NCBI GenBank assembly: GCA_048013815.1
Contig: CM106585.1
Coordinates: 1,426,001-1,490,000 of the forward strand
Length of the DNA stretch: 64,000 bases
Origin: Setoptus koraiensis
Taxonomy: Eukaryota > Animalia > Arthropoda
Direction: 5' to 3'
Shown in pieces: positions 10,340-18,978 of the stretch (position 1 is the stretch's first letter; each line of letters starts with the position of its first letter). A program made the translations under genes and the position numbers. The notes under the pieces were generated by a model that was given only the letters and a program-made list of their open reading frames with translations, did no database searches and was not told the origin of the DNA.

Positions 10340-11950
10340 ATGCGAATTGCGTTCGTGCTAATTAGCACGTTTTATCTTCCTGTGCAGCCACTGGAATCGG
10401 TGTCCGTTCAAACAATCGAGTATATCAATCATAAACCACCGCAAATTAAAGATAAAGAACCCTTAAACATTTTCATGACGCCAGAACGCGTTAAGGCTTG
10501 TGAGTACAATCTTTTCAGCAATACAATTTTAATTCAAGAATTCATAATCAGTACTTCATACATAGCATCAAGGATTTCAAGCTTTAATCTCGCCTCGATC
10601 ATTCAGCTGCCGAAATCTTTAATAATATGGATGAAATTGCAAGTCCTTCCGAGGATTTTTACCAGGTAAGTTTTCAAAAAGTTTCAGGAATTAATCATCG
10701 TTCTAGGAGCTGTACAATCTACTGACTATCAGTTTTCCCTCAATTCACTGTCCAAATGAAACACGTTTGACCTACGTGTTATATTAACTATAATCGTTAT
10801 CATGTGCACTCATACTTTATCTAACAGGTTGGCGGCACCTCATCATTGATGCCAGGTAACCTAAACGCGACGATACAGTGTGAGCTAACAAAGTCAACCT
10901 TAGACATAGATAGATGTTTAACCTAAATTCGACAGTTTTTCATCCTGATTCATCATTCTGAAGCTTATATCGATAATATTTTCATTTCAATCTATCTACA
11001 TTTGAACCTCAATTCAAGCAGACTATCCGCCAACAAGTCGTGCAAACTCCAGTCGAATATTTCCAAGATGGAAAAAATGTATGAGGCAGATTCTAGAGCA
11101 TTTTAGAGTCCCTTTGTCATCATTTTATATTATATATAATATAATATATATTATTATATCGAGAAAGTTTCTGATGGAGAATTGAAGAAACCAGTAGAAG
11201 CTCTATCATTTTCAGGGTATTCTAGAAAACGGGTCATAAAGCTGATAGATAGAGCTACATGGCTAGACTCGCAAACAAAAAATGTGTATTGAACTAGGAT
11301 TTTAATGATGGAAAGTATCACCGGTTGCCCGACAAGATCACTAAATGAAAGGTTACTGGAAGAGATGTACAAAGATTCGGTAATCGAAGAATATGACTTC
11401 GTAAAAATACCCCCCCCCCCCCCCATCACAATCGGATCATAAGTGACCGATACATCGAAATACAGAACTCTTAGTTCGATGGGCTTGATAAGAATAAAGC
11501 ACTTGAGGAATACCCCTACATCCTCAGTCCTCAAAGAGGAAAAGAAATGATCGTCAAAAAAATGGTTAACTATTTTGATTTTGATTCACTGGCTAGCATT
11601 ATGGGCCATGGGATTACGCATGGATTTGGTCGAAAACATCTAACTCTGGATCGTCTAGGAAGATTAAATTAGTGGACAATCTAGGAATTCGAGAGGCGCC
11701 CAAATCGGTGAACCAATAGTTCCCCGATGATGATCTGTCTGAAACTGAACGGCAGTAACACAATAAAAGAAAATATTGCAGACCAGGGCGGTCTTAGATC
11801 AGCCGGGAAACTCCAGCAGAAAACAAAACGGTGATGAATTACTGTTACCAGGTTTGAATTTTACCACTGACCAAATCTTCTGGTTGTGGGCGGGAAGGAT
11901 TGGGCCTCGACTTGGATTAGGACTTGCACCGTCGGATCGAAAGTTTGATT
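10340..11950 (+). pseudogene. Neprilysin-like (M13 metallopeptidase) pseudogene
   Basis: Motifs occur in the correct M13 order: WLDSQTK...MESITGCP (~11260-11330), SIMGHGITHGF (11604-11627, HExxH with E>G), KLNGSNTIKENIADQGGLRSA (ENIAD 11769-11783), LPGLNFTTDQIFW and CTVGSK. There are multiple in-frame stops and frameshifts. The 5' boundary is uncertain. Confidence 0.8.
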
Positions 11951-12432
11951 AGGTACGCAGATTGGTTTGAGAGCAATCGAGTCCGGTTCCCAAGTTCAAC
12001 TCGGATGTGCCGAGTCCCGTCTACAAGTCCAAACTGGATGTGCCAGTCGCCGCAGCAAGTTGGACTTGTATACAGAGCGCAGCGCACCCAAGTTGAACTT
12101 GGGAAAAGCACTTGAGTGCTCTCAAGCCTATTTGTTTGCCTAATCAAACTTTCAATCCGACGGTGCAAGTCCTAATCCAAGTCGAGGCCCAATCCTTGCC
12201 GCCAACAACCAGAAGATTTGGTCAGTGGTAAAATTCAAACCTGGTAACAGTAATTCATCACCGTTTTGTTTTCTGCTGGAGTTTCCCGGCTGATCTAAGA
12301 CCGCCCTGGTCCGCGATATTTTCTTGGATTGTGTTACTGCCGTTCAGTTTCATGCAGATCATCTGTTCAATCCAGCCGGAGAATTACTGATTCACCGATT
12401 TGGGCGCCTCTCGAATTCCTAGATTGTCCGCT
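11671..12432. repeat. Long imperfect inverted repeat (~760-nt fold-back)
   Basis: 11674-11711 pairs perfectly with 12392-12429. About 11727-11953 pairs with about 12138-12364 with 9 substitutions, including a perfect 107 bp (11781-11887). Looser pairing continues inward to TACAAGTCCAA/TTGGACTTGTA around a ~27-nt loop. Confidence 0.97.
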
Positions 12433-12500
12433 CATTCGCTCTTACAGGATTATACCGTCTTTCCTTATCGTCATCAAAGAATAGTATACGAAAACCCACA
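12138..12500 (-). pseudogene. Second, convergent neprilysin-like pseudogene fragment forming the right arm of the hairpin
   Basis: Minus strand reads MKLNGSNTIQENIADQGGLRSA and LPGLNFTTDQIFW. Outside the hairpin, 12496-12452 reads GFRILFFDDDKERRY, which aligns without gaps to GHEITHGFDDQGRQY. Confidence 0.7.
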
Positions 12501-13675
12501 ATCATAAATAAAGTTATCAAAAGTAATTAGGTGACTATAGTGCTATGATTCAGCAAATTGCATGCATATGTCTTCTGGTAGATTTAGTTCCATGGGTGTC
12601 ACGATTAAAACGAGATCGTAGGAATAGCAATTTTACTGATAGATTCTATCTGTTTTCCGTCTCCTGTACCCATAATGTTGTTCGGACGTTGGCCGTTAAA
12701 CTAATTTATGACCAAGCCGAAATTAGCTGTTCAGTTTCTAATATAGGTTTGGCAACAGGTGTTGTGTAAGCTAGTCGGTGCGAGTATCGGCTGGCTCATT
12801 TTTGCACCGTTCAGTTTAGCATTGTCTGATCCATCAATCTGTCACTAACGTCAATTCTCTTACTATCTTTTAACTTTTCGCTTTTGGTGCTGCTGACAAA
12901 ACAACTATCAATGCGTTTACCACCAATATTGCATCAATTGATGCTAAAGACAACAATCACGACAATTCTAGTAACAATCCGATCGGAAGAGCCCGGTCTA
13001 AATATTTCATCACTTCACATCATCACCACTTCTCATCGGAAATAGAAAGATATCAGTGTGGTTGGCAAGTTAGCTATTCCTTATCTAGCCTATAAACTGA
13101 GATCGTTTCATGTAATACCACATGGCCCAATTCAATCGCTTCGATGTTATATGGTACACTGAAAAGAATCAAACATTTTGATTGGCTTTTCACCAATCAG
13201 CTCGTCCATAGCGATCGATGTCAAATGTTTACGATAGACAACGTAGCTCGACATCAAGATCTGGTGGCTCCAATCATTCAATGTGGACCATCAATGGTGA
13301 CCATCAATTGACCGAACCTCAGTTCACACATTTCGGTGGTGCAACTTAAGCGAAATGTGCTGGTTTAAAGTTCGCAACAAGAAACAAACATTTTGATTGT
13401 AAAACTTTTTTCGAGCATATAAATCAATTTTATTGACAACCACGAAAAGATTTATTAAAAATATCTCTTCTTTTCTCTTGGTGCATAACGTTTATGTAAA
13501 ATAAATTTCGCTAAGACTTCACTAATCAGTCAAAGAACTGTTCGTTTCAATGACCATCGGCTAACAATTATCACAGCTAATTGGTCTAGGTGTATTCATG
13601 GATGCTGAGGATTTTAAAAAAACTTTCAATCAATTGTCGCTGAACCAGTTACAACATTTGGGCATCACACTACAT

Positions 13676-16250
13676 CTATTGTCTGTTGGTAGAACTTCGA
13701 AAACTGCTAGTGCAGATTTTGTCACCGTTGGTTTTGCCTCTTCCTCTACCAAATGTATCGGTCTGTTTTTGATGGTGTTGTTGTTGCATATTGTTGAAAC
13801 TGGTCGGATTTTTGCATGCATCGTGCTTCGCATTAGGCGCCAATTGTATTGTTGCCGGAAATGAATCGTCTATTTGATAAAGATTTTGGCAAGCTAATGT
13901 CTGGAATTTTATATCATTGTTGGCATCCTGATTGGCATTTCGACAGTTTCCTTGGTGATTTGTATAGATAAGCTGTATTGGAATCGGTAAATGTGTTACT
14001 ACTCTGCTACTATCTCCAGACATCTGACTTATGTCTTGATTGGCGAGATGATTCGACGATGAATGTAAATAGGTAGTGTTTGTTGATGTCATTGTGCTGG
14101 ACGAACTCTCGTTACTCATACTGCATGCTTCGTTTCTCATTGCCTGAAGATTTTTGTTGTTGTTGGCCTCTAGATTGCATTCATTGTGTACATTATGAGA
14201 TGACATGAGATGATGAGCAGTTTTATCATTATTATTGCCCGGGTATGGGACATAATCGCCCAAAAGGAGTTGTTCGAATCGTATAGGTCCATCATGAGTG
14301 GCCGAATGTTGATTGTTTATAGTGGCTCTTGAAAGACTTTTGTTTGTTCTATTTAGAGACAGATTATTATTGTTAATGTTGCCGAAATTTTTTTCAGATT
14401 TTTTACCCTGATAACAATTATGTGAACCAAGGGAATATTGAGAGGAGCTCGAGTTTATGTGACAATTTTTATCAATGACAGCACCATTATTTTGTTTGAG
14501 TTCACCAATAGGCTTTCCATCAGACATTCTGCCATCATCAATATCCTCTGCTTGTAGCTGTTGCGATACATTGTGACCTTCACCACGATCACTATAATCA
14601 TAACCTTTGAATGACTGCTGCTGCTGCACCTGATACTGGTTGTAATCTAAACTGGTTACGAAAATGGGCACTTGGTGAGCGTTCTGGCTGATTTCGGGAT
14701 GCTCAGGAACAGGACTAGAATTGATAAATAGGCCGTTTTTGCAGTTGTTATTACTGCAACTGTTCATGTTATAATGGTCAGATATTGTTGATGATGGCGA
14801 AAGTGACGAATGGTTATGTTTTGCTACAACGCAATCATGTCCTGGCCGTATTATGTGATGATGATGGCGATGATGACCACACGCCATGTCAGATCTATCA
14901 TCCAGACTGTCATTCGGATTATAATTTTGTTGATTTTCGCCAGATTCAATGTTGATACTGTCGCATGGAACGATGATAACACCACCATCCTGATTTTCTT
15001 CGTATATATCCAGCTCACCTGACGAGAATATTATTTGGTGTTCATGCGGATGTTGTTGTTGGTGGTGACTCTGCTGCAGCTGATCGTCGTGAAGAATGCT
15101 CAGGTGATTGCTATCAGAATTGGGAAAATTATTTTCAGCGGGTTCAGAAAGATCTAATTGAGCAAATCCACCATTTAAGTCAGTCTGAGAGTTGTCAAAA
15201 ATTGCAACATCTCTATCACTTCTGTTATCATTTGGCGCTAGATTAAATGTTAACGATTTAGATTGCATCCTCCTGTGACTTTGCACGCAGCTAGGTCTTA
15301 AAGATGACTTTGACGATGTCGCTGTTGTTGACACTCTATCCATATCATCCTCATTGGACACATCCTTTGTCATAGTGCCGTTGGGTGGGTTCACTCCTGT
15401 GCAGTTGATTCCGTTATCGCTGACAGGCATATCTCGTGGATTTGTTTGTTTGTTTTTATTTGCCAATCGACATATTACAACAAAGGCTACAAATAAATTG
15501 AGCACCACTATTATAGAACCTGCCGAAACAATAATGGTGAGAGCCTCGGCCATGGCTTTACGATTTGTTATGTAACCAGATAGTGATGAAGTTGAGTTAA
15601 TGATTGCTAGTTTGGAACTGTGTTGCTGTCCCAACATGCCCTGAATAGAAGAATTTCCACTGCTATCCATTTGCTGAGATAGAGAGGATAAGTGGGCACT
15701 CATGTTATCGTACAATGACGAGCTTGATGATCCGCTCGCATCGTTTGGATGGAGCTCGTTGAAACTCGATATATTGACATCGACTTCATTACGAGTTATT
15801 AAATTTCTCGATAGCTTATTCAAGTTGTTTGACCTGTTTATTTCCACAAGAATAGATTTTAATTGCTCGCTCGTGGAATAAATTACATCGCTAATGCAAT
15901 TAAAGCGTGGATTACCGACAGTTTGCCACTGAGATCGATTAATAGAAATTCCTCTAGCAGTGCCCGATATCTGATGGTCTAACTCTGTCAGGCATTCGAT
16001 GGCGTCCGAAGTCTCATTTCTGGCCTCGCTATGGTCAGCAAAGTGCCCCAAATGATCTATTATCAACCATAAGGAGAACTTGTTAGAATTCTTAAGTTTC
16101 GTACCCCCATTGATGGGATGATTTCGCTCATTACCATTCGTTTCTGTATCCAAAGTCATGTAGGGTCCATCAAATGCATCGTATGGCAACCATTCGGTTA
16201 AACTGTCTGTCTTCCAGACGACATCTCCTCCAGCTACGCCATTTGGATCA
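13676..16250 (-). CDS. Nlg: Neuroligin-family protein, exon 7 (last): stalk, TM segment and long cytoplasmic tail
   Basis: Acceptor aatctag|T joins in phase 2 to give GDPN...WLPYD. TM segment LTIIVSAGSIIVVLNLFVAFVVIC; stop TAG at 13678-13676. Confidence 0.88.
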
Positions 16251-16353
16251 CTAGATTATCCGGACAACGATTTTGTGAAATGATTTATCATTAAATAAAT
16301 TAATCAATCCAAAAGCTCTCTCACACTGCATCTCAATTCAATTGATTACTTAC

Positions 16354-16550
16354 CCGTGCCGAATGAAGTTGCTTAGATAGTTCATGAATGTTGCGGAAAT
16401 AATTTGATGATGTCTGGCTGAACTTTCGCTAAATTCAGAATGAATTCTTCCGTCTCTCAAAGGCTCCCCGAATAAATAGTCAAAATCCTTGTAGGGCTGA
16501 TTGTCAATCTTGTTGCTGGAGAGTCTTTCTGAAGCAGCTGAATGAGAGGC
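16354..16550 (-). CDS. Nlg: Neuroligin exon 6
   Basis: Acceptor gtacag|GCC and donor GG|gtaagt. Encodes DFDYLFGEPL and FMNYLSNFIRHG, matching the carboxylesterase-fold C-terminal motifs; 197 nt, phases 0 to 2 consistent. Confidence 0.88.
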
Positions 16551-16670
16551 CTGTACAAATAAATGAGGGGGTGAAAATAAAATGTACACATCAATGTTAT
16601 TTTTCTGAATCTAACAGATACATGTAGTTTATCCTACAATAAGTAATTAAATTCTGAAATAAAGACTTAC

Positions 16671-16931
16671 GGTAGAGTTTTGAGTGCCGAAACTATAGAA
16701 GAATGCCTTGCGTGCATGGCTCGGTGGTTGCATGTTTTTTGGCTTATTCTTATCAGGATTGCTAGACGAAGAATTATCGGCTCTCAGCAACAGACGATCA
16801 TGATTCAACTGTATATTTTTCAAATTATGATAATTTCCAGTGTATATCATGGATGGTAGCATCTGTCCAAACATTAATTTTGTCCTCTCTTCTATAGGCA
16901 CTGATGAATTGTGTAACAAATACTGAATAAT
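16671..16931 (-). CDS. Nlg: Neuroligin exon 5; the acceptor could alternatively give a start at 16922
   Basis: Donor ACC|gtaagt; encodes the AFFYSF motif. Two in-frame AG acceptors exist (exon start 16931 or 16922). Confidence 0.75.
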
Positions 16932-17043
16932 CTATTGTTGGTAATGCAAGAAAAAGAATGTATTAAAAACAATAAGTTTGATATTTGATTTGCGCCACGA
17001 AACCAGTTCTTTTATCCAATTAAATATCTTTGCTATCACTTAC

Positions 17044-18272
17044 ATTGATGTGCCTAGAGGCCAATATGTCTTCATTTGTGCGCCCCATTGTGCGAGATAA
17101 GGTGCGATCGTTCAGTAACATGATATCCAACGGTGATAGGTTATCCTGTGATACACCAAACATCATATCCATAGAAGCCAAATTATCTCCGTTGTGTTCT
17201 CTGTTTAGAATTGCATTTCTTTTTCTACTTAGAAATCTCTTACTGGTCACCGATTGCTCCGATTGGTCATCTCCGTCTTGGAATAATCTAATGTTATCAT
17301 GAAAATATACGTCGTCGGCACGATCATTCTTGGTTGAATTAATGCTGTCAATATTTCCATGTTGCGTATCTAGATGAATGGTATCATTCTTTTCCAATTG
17401 TGTAGATTTATTTTCGCTGGATATGGCAGAATCGTTGCATGTTATTTCATTGTTACAAACAACATCGTCGATCCGTTCGTTTGCAAGTCTCTTGAAGCGC
17501 TCTTTGGTTATTTTATCCGTTGGATCTTTTGTGTGCACCATCACATTGTGTAATTCGTTGAATATCATATTGTCCGCTAGGGATCTGACAATTTTATCCA
17601 GTTGAAGGCTTGTTGCGCTTTGAATGGTTGCGCGCCACCTAGACGATTGGGATGTTTCACCAGTGGCTTCGTTTATCATTGCCAGTACTAGATCGTTGTT
17701 CCTTTCCAACTGTCGTTTGCCATTTTCATCAACAAGATTGTTATATTGTAACGTTTGATCTACTGTGGTCAGCTCGTTTAACGTCAATGACGATATTAGC
17801 GTCGATATCCTTTTTTCCAGGGGCGAGAATTTCAAATATTTATTCAACACTTGTTCATTTTCAGTATCACTTTTATTGACATCATGGGTAGCATTGTTTT
17901 GATTTCCACTGCTACTGATACGTTGATTTGGTGCACTTTTAATGTTATCATTTCCGCTAGCCAACAACTTGAACAACATTTCATCGTTCAATAATGGGCC
18001 AAACAAAGGAGAGGAACCAACCAAGTTAGTCATGGATGGATCATTGAAGGACTCGTTTCGCAAACTAATTTGCATCTGGATATATTTGTCCACATGGACC
18101 ATACGTAGGCAAGATAATAGGCTGTCTTGGGACAAGGCCACAGGATCACAGTTGAGATAGTCTTTCATGGTCTTGTCAATAGCAGCACCGTAATGTTGAG
18201 CGTTATTTCGTTTGGATAGAGCCCAGTGATTGAGTATGGAGCCACTCATGAGCACGACACGATTGAATAGAC
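17044..18272 (-). CDS. Nlg: Neuroligin exon 4, with a large insertion
   Basis: Acceptor atcatcag|GT and donor AAT|gtaagt. Encodes GLFNRVVLMSGS, the disulfide cysteines (LNC...LSCLR), LFGP and MDMMFGV; 1229 nt, phases 1 to 0. Confidence 0.88.
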
Positions 18273-18688
18273 CTGATGATGATAGTTTTAAGTGTGGCAC
18301 CAAAATTTAACAAGATAAAAGAATCGGATTGAATGAAAAGAGTGAAGATGAATTAATGTTATCTTGCAATTGCTGGTTAAACTGGTTAATGGGACCAGCT
18401 CAGCTTTAAAATTGTTGTGAAAACTGAATCGAATGTCGATGCTGAGAGCAACTGATCCGAGCTGCATATTTATATAGAAAAAATTGCTTTTGAATTCGCT
18501 CGAGTGAGCAACAAAACGCTGGCATGTTATGTAACATGTTAAATGGGTTGTGTTTAACAAAAAAAAAATATTCCATCATATCACCACGATACAACAACAT
18601 ATATCATCATGTTGATATTGCGTCATGACATAGCATGGTGTAAATAGTATAATGTGGATATTTGGTGGAATAGTGATAGTCATCTTAC

Positions 18689-18877
18689 CTCTCGCTATTG
18701 GGGATAATGTAAGCAAATGAGCGCATGATGCCCCATACGAGTAGCCTATCAATGTAACATTATTGGGATCGCCACCAAATTGGACTATATTAGAACGGAC
18801 CCAATGCAACAGAGCTATCTGGTCCCAGAGGGCGTGGTTTGCCCGAGTGGCCCGGTCCTCAACAATGGGCAAGAAAC
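18689..18877 (-). CDS. Nlg: Neuroligin exon 3
   Basis: Acceptor aatatag|GT and donor G|gtaaga. Encodes GFLP...NHALWDQIALLHWVRSNIVQFGGDPNNVTLIGYSYGA; 189 nt, phases 1 to 1. Confidence 0.92.
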
Positions 18878-18930
18878 CTATATTATTATTATTATTTTTG
18901 GTTGTTGATGATGCAACAATGACCACCAAG

Positions 18931-18977
<47 letters not shown>

Positions 18978-18978
18978 G
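18931..18978. repeat. (TTG)16 microsatellite in the 3' splice region of neuroligin intron 2
   Basis: Read directly from the sequence. Confidence 0.95.

Noticed and set aside
11410-11424. C15 homopolymer (potential G-quadruplex on the minus strand)
   Set aside because: An isolated homopolymer inside a pseudogene, with length prone to sequencing error and no sign of function.
11671-12432. Interpretation of the long inverted repeat as a MITE/foldback transposon or as an amplification chimera
   Set aside because: The arms are peptidase coding remnants with no target-site duplication seen, and they differ by substitutions and an indel, unlike a chimeric read-back.
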